64,000 nt of DNA, from positions 12,710,001-12,774,000 of the forward strand of contig NC_073408.1 in NCBI RefSeq assembly GCF_028641065.1, given 5' to 3'. Below, piece by piece: positions 26,697 through 38,520 of this stretch (position 1 is the first letter of the stretch; each line of letters starts with the position of its first letter). Both the position numbers and the translations under genes were made by a program. Origin of the DNA: Leucoraja erinacea. Taxonomy: Eukaryota. Under the pieces are notes generated by a model. It did not search any database, was not told where the DNA came from, and saw only the letters and a program-made list of their open reading frames with translations.

Positions 26697-27149
26697 TCTT
26701 AAATTATGGACAGGATGTGCCACGGCACAAACTTTATTCTTTTCCGTTTTTTATTTTCAGCCATGATCACATGATCACAGTGAATGGAGATGCTGGCTCG
26801 AAGGGCCGAATGGCCTACTCCTGCACCTATTGTCAATAAAAGTGGTACATTTTACAGAGTGAATTTAATTTGGATGTCCTAAAAAACGATTAGATGAATA
26901 CAAATTATTTGTTATTTTACTTTGCTTCATCAGAAAGGGTGAATTATTAATTTGTAAATTCTTGCAAGAATCTTGCTTGCTGATAACGTACTTTGCAACA
27001 TGGTTTGCCACAATTGCGCAAACATGCTGATTAATGATACACAGCTCAAAATTGTACTTATCGGTTGATCTAAAATGATGAAAGTACAAATCGTGCTTTA
27101 CTAATTCAGGGTAGAACCTAATTATGGTAAAGTAGTTCAGTCGTGTAGT

Positions 27150-28060
27150 CTAGTAAAAACATAAACAGTAAAAACTTTCAATAATATGTAAAAAAGAAAA
27201 AGATCAAAGCAATGGGCATCTTACAGAGATGGTAGAAATTATTTTTAAGAATAATGAAATGTCAGAGAAATGCATACTTTCTGCCTGAAGAACTATTGGG
27301 CTCAAATGAAGAGTGAGTATTAGTTAAAAATTTGTATTTGAAAATGAATTTGGCTGAAAGCAACAAATCCCCAAGTCATGATGACTTTCAAGCTAAGATT
27401 TTGAATCATCTTCCAAAATTTCATAGATTCTAGAATGATTCCCAAGGTTGGAAAGTAGCAAATCTACAATTTAAGGAAGGAAGAAATTAAAAAAACAGAA
27501 TAATACAACAGTTAGCCTGATGCTGGACAAAAATATTGGAGCTCCTTATGTGGCAAATGGTAAAAGGAAAGTTTAAAAAATAACAAAAGGATTGCGCAGA
27601 GTCAACATGAATTTATGTAAGAATATAATGTTTGACAAACCCGTGGCACTTATTCAGAGGTACCTGCATATCTTTGGACACAATTCATCAAAAATTAAAA
27701 TAGCATTGCATTAATAAAATTAATAGGCATAGCAAGCAATTACAAAGGTAAATGACATGTTGACCTTCATTGTAAAAGTGCTTGAATGAAAATATCTAAG
27801 AGGCGCAAGGAATAAATATCTAAATCTAATTATGTAGAATCCTGGTGAGACTACATTGAAAATATTATGTACAGTCCTGTTCTCCCTACATAAGATACGT
27901 GATGACACAGTGTACTGCAGATTCACCAGAATGATTCTCTGGTATCCAGGGGGTGGGTTTTGTCGTATAATGAAAGTTTACTTAGCCTAAGCCTATGCTC
28001 GCTTTAATTTGGAACAATGAGATGTGGCATCATTGAAACATGCAAAGTGCGTATGGGCCT
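27150..28060 (+). mobile_element. Highly decayed CR1 ORF2 fragments
   Basis: 'aaatccccaagtcatgatg', 'cagagtcaacatgaatttatg...aatgtttgacaaac', 'ggtaaatgacatgttgaccttcattg'. Confidence 0.6.
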
Positions 28061-28089
28061 TTTCAGAATTTCTGGGCCTCTTAGTTTTG

Positions 28090-28700
28090 GATAGGCCTTG
28101 CACAATTCCAGACATGCCCTTCTACTCTTGATCAAGCACAAAGCAACAACCAATGCTCGCTGGGATGAGTATTTGCTGTACTGAACCAAGATTCTCTTTT
28201 ACATGAGTGTCCTTAACTCCATACCCCTTGAACTCCATCACCTGTGAAAGCAGAGCATTCCTAATTTTGGTCCTGTCTCACTGCCATCTCAGACTGAGGC
28301 TTAAAAGTCATATAATAATTAAAAAAAAAACAAGAAGCCTCCGGAACATGTAGTATGCCTCTGGGAATTCTGAAATTTGCAGAGATTAATGTTTGACACA
28401 AGCCCATCTATCTTATCTGGGAAATAAAAGGAAATGACATGGGATCCGAGTGATGCTGTGATAGTGACTAACTTTTTTTTTAAATGGAGGCAAACCAGAT
28501 TGTGGTATCTGCAGTGCAATCTCCATGCTGATTGTTACAGGGAAAGTCATCACAACTCTTTGACAGAAGGTAAAGCTGTGTGTGGAACTTTCTTTTCAAA
28601 TCTGCCAAGTATTTTTACATTTTTCAATGTCTCTGACATTCACAGATATTTATAAACTGTTAAAAATGAGGGAACTATTCAACTTTAAGCTTTTTCCATT
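28090..28700 (+). mobile_element. Decayed RTE-clade LINE fragment
   Basis: Frame-broken match to the RTE ORF region ARW.E.F..LLNQDS / K.ASG.DG / DAVIVT.FK.G....CG..R.IS.L...GKV. Confidence 0.6.
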
Positions 28701-28731
28701 TAGTGACAAATCTTTGGAATTCTTTGCCCTT

Positions 28732-29080
28732 GTGGGTGATGGAGGTAGGGTGGGAAGCAGTGTAGTCCAGATAGCCATGGGAGTCAGTAGGCTTGTCGTA
28801 GATGTGAGTCAGTAGTCGGTTACCTGCGATGGAGATGATGAGGTCTAGAAACCCACTGACTCCCACGGCTATCTGGACTACACTTCTTCCCATCCTGCTT
28901 CCTGTAAGGACTCTATCCCCAACTCCCAATTCCTCTGTCGACGCCGCATCTGCACCCAGAATGAGGTGTTCCACACCAGGGCATCGGAGATGTCCTCATT
29001 CTTTAGGGAACGGGGGTTCCCCTCTTTGACTATAGATGAGGCTCTAACCAGTGTCTCTTCTATAATGCTCTCACTCCCCA

Positions 29081-29112
<32 letters not shown>

Positions 29113-29975
29113 ACTCGTTACAAGGACAGTCCACCTTACCCTCGCCTTCCACCCTACCAGCCGTCACACACAACAGATAATCCTCCGACGTTTTTGCCAC
29201 CTCCAACGAGATCCCACCACTGGCCACATCTTCCGATCTCCTCCCCTTTCTTTCCACTTTCCGCAGAGACCGCTCCCTCTGTTACTCGCTGGTCAATTCG
29301 TCCCTTCCCACCAAAATCACCCCCTCCCCTGGTACTTTCCCTTGCAACCCCAGGAAATGTTACACTTGTCGCTTTACATCCCCCCTTGACTCCATCCAAG
29401 GACCCAAGCAGTCTTTGCAGGCGAGGCAGAGGTTCACCTGCACCTCCTCCAACCTCATCTATTGCATCCGCTGGTCTAGGTACCAACTGCTCTACATCGG
29501 TGAGACCAAGCGCAGCATTGGCGATCGCTTCACCCAACACCACCTCCACACAATTCGCATTAACCAATCTGATCTCCCGGTGGGTCAGCACTTCAATTCC
29601 CCCTCCCATTCCGAATCCGACCTTTCTGTCCTGGGCCTCCTCCATGGCCAGAGTGAGCCCACCGCAAATTGGAGGAGTAGCACTTCATATTTTGCTTGGG
29701 TAGTTTACACACCAGAGGTATGATCGTTGACCTCCAGTTTCAGGTAGTCCTTGCTTTCCCCTTCCTTCCCCTCCCCTTCCCAGCTCTCCCAAAACCCACT
29801 GTCTCCGCCTCTTCTTTCCTTCTTCTCGTCCCCCCCACCCTCACATCAGTCTGAAGAAGGCTGTCGACCCGAAATGTCACATATTCCTTCGCTCCATAGA
29901 TGCTGCCTCACCTGCTGAGTTTCTCCAGCATTTTTGTCTACCTTCGATTTTTCCAGCATCTGCATTTCTTTCTTA
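28732..29975 (+). mobile_element. Penelope-like element (RT C-terminus plus GIY-YIG) with inverted 5' segment
   Basis: PTDSHGYLDY, FHTRASEMSSFFRERGFP and FTCTSSNLIYCIRWSRYQLLYIGETKR...PVGQHFNS. Hammerhead-like core at 29851-29878. Segment 28732-28850 is in the opposite orientation. Confidence 0.9.
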
Positions 29976-30419
29976 AACATATACATACCTATGTATCTAT
30001 TGATAGGTCTTATGTCTCTTCCTGAAAGTCCACTGCAGTTCAATTTCTGTAATTTAAGCAAAAAAGTGCTTTAATCCATATTTCAGACCATGAGATGCTC
30101 TTTGTTAACATTCTCTGCGTTTTAGAGCTTGCGAAGATCTACATAGACTGCTCAATCTATACTTGTGCAAGTGTAGACATGGCCATGAGAATAGGAGTCA
30201 GAATGTATGGTATTAATTGTGGTGGTGCTGACATCTACCTTCCTGTCTCTCATAACATTCCTGCACTTTTCTGCGTGTGCTCCTCTCTTGTTGCTGCTTA
30301 TGCAACATTTCTGTGTCCCTGGTGAATGTCCTCGAATCTTAATACCGTCCTGAATGCTCTTACTCTGTTTTGACTGTTCATGGGCCAGGCATTCCCAGTA
30401 TTTCATCAAGGAGGCTTTC

Positions 30420-31650
30420 AGCCTGTCTGCCTGGTAATCCCTTCCCGCGAGTCGTGTTAGTACACAGTCACATTTAAATGATTCTAAGAATTGAGTTAGC
30501 GATAACATGCATTTTATGTGACGGCGCATGAGATGCCAATCTTTCTATTTGCTGTGCAAATAATTGTGAGGGGGGGGGGGGGGGGGGGGCTTTTGAAGAG
30601 CTGATTTGCAGAGTGTACCTATTTTCGGTGCATTTGGCCTCAACAAATGAACATTTCAAACAGATGAGATTATGACAAACAACGTAAAACACATTACGAG
30701 CTGGAGATATGATTAGTTTGTGCAGCAATGTATGGAGCCAGTTTGTAATGGTTCGCTGATTTCTGTCAAGACCACTCTCGTACAAAATAAATTACGATAA
30801 AGCTCTTTACCGGTGACGTTGAAGTTCTGTTTTTAATTGCGTGCCCATCAAGCAACTTTGACGAGCTGATAGGCTGCTTTCAGTGGTCTGTTACATTTTG
30901 ACGCACACCGTGCGAGGTGCAGTGTAGCTAACGGAATAGCCTGGCCCTGCCTCCGGCCTGGAATCATTGGTGCTGAGTTCGGGCCGATTACATTGGCCGG
31001 GTTTATGATTAGTTAGTATGGCTGTCAATTAGAACTCCGAGTTTACACTGTGACTCCGAGTCGAGCGGGACTGAATGGAGGCAACTACTGTATTGCATGT
31101 GCGGGGGTTAGTTAATTAGGTCATGATTTTTTATTTTCGCAAAAATATATTTTAAACTTACTGTTCTTGCATGTTTACGGTATCAGTATAATACCAGTTT
31201 ACGAATGAGCTACAGGCAATTTGTGTTTGTGAAAGTTAGAGAAATTGCATCTAATGAGTCCAACGCTTCGCTGTAACCCCCTAAACTGGCAAATGTCTGC
31301 TGTATTTGACAGGAAATCTAGAGTGGTGAGAAAAATAAATCTCGAAAGTAAAAGGAACTGGTGTTCCGGTTCTGAAATATTTCAAAGGCAGAGTGGGGAT
31401 TAATTTCTAACGTTGTGTTGGAAGTGGAAGGGTAAGTGAAACGCGTAGAGATCCGGGGGATGAGGGATAGTGTAAGGGGAGCTTTGCGAACTGGTCGAAT
31501 GATAGCATCAGACTGATGCTTTGTGTGTTCGCGGAAAGTTACTGCAACATTTTGGAAGAACAGTTATTCCAAGAGTTAAAGGCCGTTCGAGCATCTCTTA
31601 TAGTAGAACAATCGGCATTCTTGTGAAATGACAAATACCGAAGTATTTTT
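30420..31650. promoter_or_regulatory. CpG-retaining unique block, candidate conserved enhancer
   Basis: No TE signature, many CpGs in AT-rich context, and clustered TTTATGA/TGTCAATTAG/TAATTA motifs at ~31000-31120. Confidence 0.4.
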
Positions 31651-31884
31651 AAACAAGTATTTTAAAGATAGAAACTTTCTTGAAAAAAGACACAAAGTGC
31701 TGGAGTCAGCTGGTCAGGCAACATCGCTGGACAACGTGGATAGGTGACGTTTCGGATCAAAAGTTCTGTTAAACTTTCTTAACTTAGATTTTGTTTTCAG
31801 AAAGTTATCTATAAGTATTGGATTGCTTTGAAATACTGATGTCAAAGTATTTTGGAGTAGAGGTATTAAGACAATTGTTGGTAT

Positions 31885-32120
31885 GTGTAAGAAGGAACTG
31901 CAGATGCTGGTTTGAACTGAAGATAGACACAAAAAGTTAGAGTAACTCAGCGGGACAAGCAGCATCTCTGGAGAGAAGGAATGGGTGACGTTTCGGGTCT
32001 GTAGAAACCCGAAACGTCACCCTTTCTTTCTCACCAGAGATGTTGCCTGTCAAGCTGTTACTCCAGCTTCTTGTGTCTATCTTCGGTTTAAACTAGTATC
32101 TGCAGTTCCTTCTTACACAC
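31885..32120. mobile_element. Palindromic (head-to-head) Penelope-terminus element
   Basis: Arms gtgtaagaaggaactgcagatgctgg... and ...tatctgcagttccttcttacac, with centre gtgacgtttcgggt-ctgtagaa-acccgaaacgtcac. Confidence 0.85.
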
Positions 32121-33705
32121 GTTCATTAGGGTTATTCAGATATCACTTTCATGAATTATAGTGTTATTAAAACACCATTTAAATACTGTCATTCAGGACC
32201 ATGACAAGTTTTTTTTAATTTCCTGTGGCAAAAAGTAAACTGTAGAGGCAAAGGGATACTTTGGTTCAAGACCCAACCTTTGTTTCCTTTTTATGTTGGT
32301 TGGAATTACTAAAAGTCTAACTATGTTAAATATTGTATTTTAGTCAATGTAAACATTCATAGATTGCACCTTTATTTTTGGGAGGCATAACCTATGGTGT
32401 TAAATTGGAATTAGAAGCAGAGTTGATCAGAATGAATTGTTCACATGAAGGGTTCAGACAGTAAATGATTACAGATTTTAAAATTAAGTGAAAGAAAAAA
32501 AACGATTTACTTTTAATATGGAGTAAGATAACATTGTAGTTGTTTGAAAGTGTAGTAGATCTCACATACACGGAGATGAATTACTAATGGAAGAAGATAG
32601 CAGCAAATGAAGAATGAAAATTTGAGATTACTCAAAATATAATCTTTATTGCTTCTAGAAATTTGTTATTCGGTTTCATTTATTAATCGTGATTTTCCAT
32701 GCAATTTTGTATGCCGCATCCTAACACAACATTTATAACTAATCAATTAGTAAACTTCTGAAGAAGAAAGTAATATTTCAGTAGAATCTTTTGTACAACA
32801 GGGGTCAGATGTCATTAATGAATGCAGAAAAAGCTGAAAAGTAATTGAAACAAAACATTGCAACTCTCTTCAAGTATTGTTTCATAAATTTGAAAGACAT
32901 GTTGAAGTTGGCTTTGTTCCACTTTCTGCATTCACTGTCAAGCTTAGGAGGCCTTGAAGAACAAAAGATTGTTGTTACTTGCCGCTGGTATTGCACTAAC
33001 TAATCCAGCAAAAGGAAAACATTTTATTGCATTAATGTATCCTTTTAATTTCTCACATAAATTTCTCACATCATGCATCCTTATTACTTAGGAATCATTG
33101 TGCTGCATGTTACATGGAGCATGTGCTATATTAAGCATGTCTTGCTAATTGTAACCAACACCAAATAGTGGACAGTTTTGTGCAATGGCCAGCAGAAAGG
33201 AAGCATTCAACATCACTAGTTTGGGCTGTAGCAGACATTTTTCAATTGAAGAGAATTTTTATCAAATGTTATGGTTCCATCCAATCCTAGTAGTGCATTT
33301 GGTTTTTGTTTGCCTTCAGCAGAATTTCCAAGATATTTCTTTAAATTATTTTCATGTATGTAAAATTTAATACTATAGTACGAGGGCATTTTGCTATTAA
33401 TTTATCTAGACTACCACAAAGGGGTGAAGTTGATTTAAAAAGCCAAGAATCTGAAACAAATGCAGAAAATAGTTAACTCGCAGGAACATAGTCCAGAGAA
33501 AGCTCCTGTTATCTTTTAGATTTCCTCATTCAAATGGCTTAATGTTTTCCAGAAATAGGCCATGTCACTGGAATTTTATCACATAGTGTGGTGTTTTTGT
33601 TTCCCAAGATATATTTTAAGTCAGCAGCAAGCTTTATGAAATTAGATTGGAGATCATCTTGTGCATTACCTCTCTGGTTTCTGAGGTATAATTTCTACAT
33701 GCATG

Positions 33706-35095
33706 TAGAAACATAGAAAAATACATGCAGGAGTAAGCCATTCGGCCCTTCGAGCCAGCACCGCCATTCAATATGATCATGGCTGATCATCCACAATTAA
33801 TATCCTGTTCCTGCCTTTTCTCCATATCTCTTGGTCCCAAAGAGCTAAATCTAACCCTCTCTTGAAAAAGTCCAGTGAGTTGGCCTCCACTGCCTTCTGT
33901 GGCAGAGAATTCCACAGATTCTCAACTCTGGTTGAATAAATTTCAGTCCTGAATGGCCTACCCCATTATTCTTAAACTGTGACCCCTGGTTCTGGACTCC
34001 CCCAACATCGGGAACATTTTTCATGCATCTAGCCTGTCCAATCCTTTAAGAATGTTACATTTTTCTCTAAGATATCCTCTCATCCTTCTAAATTCCAGGG
34101 AATACAAGCCCAGTCGACCCATTCTTTCATCATATGTCAGTCCTGCCATCCCGGGAATTAACCTGGGGATTATGCTGCACTCCCTCAATAGCAAGTATGT
34201 CCTTCCTCAAATCAGGAGACCAAAATTGCGCATAATACTCCAGCTGCTGTCTCACCAGGGCCCTGTACAACTGCAGTAGGACCTCATTGCTCCTAAACGC
34301 AAATCCTCTCGCAATCAAGGCCAACATGCCATTAGCTTTCTTCACTGCCTGCTGTACCTGCATGCTTACTTTCAGTGTTCAAGAAGGAACTGCAGATGCT
34401 GGAAGATCGAAGGTACACAAAAAAGCTGGAGAAACTCAGCGGGTGCAGCAGCATCTATGGAGACCCTTCCTGTCTGCCAACCAAGAAGGGTTTCGGCCCG
34501 AAACATCACCTATTTCCTTCGCTCCATAGATGCTGCTGCACCCGCTGAGTTACTCCAGCATTTTTGTGTACCTTTTGCTTACTTTCAGTGACTGATGTAC
34601 AAGCACACCCAGGTCTCGTTGGACCTCCCCTTTTCCTAATCTGACACCATTCAGATAATAATTTGCCTACCTGTTCTTGCCGCCAAAGTGGATAACCTCC
34701 AATTTATCCACACTATACTGCATCTGCCCACTCACCCAACCTATCCAAGTCACATAGCATCCTCATCGCAGTTCACACTGCCACCCAGATTTGTGTTATC
34801 CTTAAACTTGGAGATGTCACATTTAATTCCCTCGTCTAAATTATGAATATATATTGTAAATAACTGGGGTCCAGGCACCGAGCCTTGCGGCACCCCACTC
34901 ACCACTGCCTGCCATTCTGAAAAGGACCCGTTAATTCCTACTATTTGCTTCCTGTCTGCCAAACAGTTCTCTAACCAAGTCAATACCCTACCCCCAATAT
35001 TCTCTTGTGTGGGACCTTGTCAAAGGCTTTTTGAAAGTCCAGATACACCACATTCATTAGCTCTACCTTATCCATTCTACTTGTTGCATCCTCAG
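33706..35095 (-). mobile_element. CR1 LINE 3' ~1.2 kb (RT fragment)
   Basis: ORFs WLENCLADRKQIVGINGSFSEWQAVVSGVPQGSVPGPQLF and QQAVKKANGMLALIARG, plus a (tttctatg) tail. Confidence 0.9.
34378..34575. mobile_element. Palindromic Penelope-terminus element inserted in CR1
   Basis: Inverted arms flanked by a perfect 15-bp TSD tgcttactttcagtg (34363-34377 and 34576-34590). Confidence 0.85.
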
Positions 35096-35679
35096 TAGCT
35101 TGTTTAAGGTTCCACCTAAACTAAATCCCGCTAACCCTGTTTTTTCTTGGATTAGTCGATAACCCTGATTGACTATGAATAGGACAATGGAGTTTAAATT
35201 AGATTACCTTTTAATTTTTTTGTTGCATTGAAAGAAAATCACATTAAACTTAATTATGCAGGCCCAACCAATTAATGAAATTTCTTTATACACAAAACCT
35301 GGAAACATAGAAACATAGAAAATAGGTGCAGGAGTAGGCCATTCCACTCTTCAAGTTAGCACAACCATTCAATATGCTCATGGCTGCCATTCAATATGAA
35401 ACAAACAATGATTATGTACCATTGAATGTGTGGTGCTGCAAGTGACAATAAATGTAAAAATAAGGTTCTTGGAATTCTCAGTAACCTTTTCCCAGTATTC
35501 AGTTTGTTTGTTGTTACTATAAGACAATATTTTCAGTTAGAAAATACCACATGAAGTGTATAACACAATTAATGATGGGACTAATTGTTCAAACCCATTT
35601 CACTACCTAGTTGAAAAATGAACATGAATATTTTGGTTATAATCCTTCTTTATTTTCTTTTAAATTGGGGGAAAATACA

Positions 35680-36175
35680 ATTGTTGCTATTGAGGGAGTG
35701 CAGCGTAGGTTTACAAGGTTAATTCCTGGGATGGCCGGACTGTCATGTGCTGAGAGAATGGAGCGGCTGGGCTTGTGTACTCTGGAATTTATAAGGATGA
35801 GAGGCAATCTTATTGAAACATATAAGATTATTAAGGGTTTGGACACATGAGAGGCAGGATGTTCCCGATGTTGGGGAAGTCCAGAACGAGGGTCCACAGT
35901 TTAAGAATAAGGGGTAAGCCATTTAGAACGGAGATGAGGAAACACTTTTTCTCACAGAGTCTGTGGAATTCTCTGCCTCAGAGGGCGGTGGAGCCCGGTT
36001 CTCTGGATACTTTCAAGAGAGAGATAGATAGGGTTCTTAAAGATAGTGGAGTCAGGGGATATGGGAAGAAGGCAGGAACGGGGTACTGATTGGGGATGAT
36101 CAGCCATGATCATATTGAATGGCGGGGCTGGCTCGAAGGGCCGAATGACCTACTCCTGCACTTATTGCCTATTGT
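35680..36175 (+). mobile_element. CR1 LINE 3' end
   Basis: AIEGVQRRFTRLIPGMAGL...RGNLIETYKIIKGLD, followed by the CR1 3' UTR. Confidence 0.9.
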
Positions 36176-36229
36176 CCCATTCAGTGATGTACACTTCAAT
36201 TATTTTTCTTCGAGATTACCTTATAATAT

Positions 36230-36420
36230 TGCTACCATGCCGAGAGCAGGCGGCAGCTCTTGGACAACTCCTGCATCCTACCCCTTGACCATGACCCCAC
36301 AGATGAACACCAGGCTAACATCTCCCAAACTGATGACCTCACACCTCAGGCTATGCATCTCCCAAACCTGTTTAACTGACCCCATCCCTGCACTGGCTAT
36401 GCTCCTTCCCCACAAACTGA
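36230..36420 (+). mobile_element. Penelope RT fragment
   Basis: 'gccgagagcaggcggcagctcttggacaactcc...ccccttgaccatgaccccacagatgaacaccagg' corresponds to the AE..RQL.D...Y.PLDHDPT.EHQ motif. Confidence 0.55.
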
Positions 36421-37522
36421 CTGGCCCAGTAACTTGCCTGTTTTCCTAATTTCCCTGATTTAAAACTTCTTGCACATTGATATCTCCTTCGAAAGATACA
36501 ATTGCATTAAAAGACTTGTCCAAAATGTATCTTTATCAACAATAAAAAAAAAATTGGTCTTTATCAAATGGCTGTTTGTTGTATCTTCCTATGCTTATTA
36601 TATTTATCTGCATCATAAAAATGTCTGTACTTCAAAAGTACATTGTTGATTGCAAGGAGATCGGGGATTTTGTAAAAATGACTGTAAAATGTGCTGTGAC
36701 CAATGAAATTAAGTGGCAATCTTGAGTAAAAGATATTATACCCAATCTGCCTTTGAAACTTAATTTCTGTCAATAGTGTTATTAGTTGTCTTTTTCAACT
36801 AATTGCAGATGAGGAAGTCTCAATGATAAGGATCACAGTATTTGAATTTGGTACCACTAATATACAGAAAGGGGTATAATTTGTTGATCATACCAACTTT
36901 CAGTAGACAGGCCATCAGCAACTGCTTGATCAATCTTTACATGTTTCAAACCTTGGGAACAGAGAGTTTTAGTGCTCTTGATGTCTAAGAATTGGTTCGT
37001 TCATTTTCTTCCACGTCATACTGTGGGATTTTCTGAATCTGTGTTCATGTTATTGTTACCTTCAAACAATAGTTTTTGGTTATGAAGTTTGAGAATACCA
37101 ACATTTTTGATATACAAATAGCCACCAATGTCTATTTTCCCCCCATATATAGACAGTAATTGGCGTGTTGCTTTACTTATTACTATCTTTAACTGCCCTT
37201 ATTCTAGGTGCAATTAAAACGTGGTTTGCGCGCATTTTATTTGGAATGGGAGGCAAACCTGCAGAAATTTTGTGTAATGTTCAAATGGATAGTAATATGG
37301 CACAATTCATGCCAATGTCTGTTTAAATATTAACAATAAACATCAAGGCAAATTTATTTTTTAATGGCGATGATGTTCTAGTAACAGGAACTGAATAAAA
37401 GATCTATAATTGTATTCACTGGAAGATGAAACCACAGCACCCACAACAAACTGTTTGGGAGCAAATCTACAATACAGCCTTTATGTTGAGGAAACAATTA
37501 TGTCATATGTCATTTATTATTC

Positions 37523-38302
37523 AGTTCCCAAGTGGGTCACATTGTTCTTGTGCAGATAGTTAGTCATTACATGTTGCTAAGAAACCATCATGGGAGCATC
37601 TTTGACTTTTTTTTTACTATTGCATAATAATAATAATAATTGAAAAGTTAAAATCCATGAGTCAAATGGTAATTCTGAAATTGTGGTTTTTTCATTGCAA
37701 TTCTTGGGCAATTCTTTGAAGTTTTGCAAATATTGCAAAATAAAAAGTATGCCGGCTGTCGCATTAATTGATAGTTGGATCTCAGCCTTTTGGGGCTTAG
37801 GAGACGAGGAGAAGGAAGTGACGGTGAAATTGTTTCTCAACTTTTATTTTAGTGGTGAAAATGTCAGGATAAATCGTGAGTTATACACTCGTCTGTGATC
37901 TCAACGTGAAATAGAAGTTGAAGATGCATGACAAAGTAATTAGTTTCATTCGTGGGCATTATGGGGATAACTATCATTGCAACATATTTGCTGACCTAGA
38001 GGCAGTTTGGATTGGTTTTGCATAATTTTGAAAGAGGTTGTGGTTGCTATCATTTCCATGTGAATTACAGGGAATTTTGCAGAATGTAACTTTTTATTTT
38101 GCAACATAACTTCAAAGAATTGACCAAGTATTGCAATGAAAAAAACACAATTTCAGAAATACCATTTGACATGGATTTTATTAACTTTTCAATTATTATT
38201 ATTATGCAGTAGTTAAAAAAAAAAGATGCTCCCATGATGGTTTCTTAGCAACATGTAACGACTAACTATCTGCACAATAACAATGTGACCCACTTGGGAA
38301 CT
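37523..38302. repeat. Long inverted repeat (arms 37523-37748 and 38089-38302)
   Basis: agttcccaagtgggtcacattgtt...gcaaaataaaaagt is reverse-complemented at actttttattttgc...aacaatgtgacccacttgggaact, with a ~340-bp spacer. Confidence 0.95.
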
Positions 38303-38520
38303 TGAGAGTTCTGAATTTGTGGAATTCCCTGCCACAGAGGGAGGCCAAATCACTAGAGAGAGTTAGATAGAGCTCTTGGGGCTAGTGGAATTAAGGGATA
38401 TGGGGAGAAGGCAGGCACGGGTTATTGATTGGGGGTGATCAGCCATGACCACAATGAATGGCGGTGTTGGCTCGAAGGGCCAAATGGCCTCCTCCTGCAC
38501 CTATTTTCTATGTTTCTATG
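38303..38520 (+). mobile_element. CR1 3' end
   Basis: 'gaatttgtggaattccctgccacagagg...ggctcgaagggccaaatggcctcctcctgcacctattttctatgtttctatg'. Confidence 0.9.

Noticed and set aside
28966-29703. Longest ORF (245 aa, proline-rich)
   Set aside because: Frameshifted Penelope sequence read through a poly-C run. Long C/G homopolymers throughout are unreliable in length.
36809-36878. Possible exon after ttttcaactaattgcag (DEEVSMIRITVFEFG...)
   Set aside because: No convincing donor, early stop and no recognisable protein similarity.
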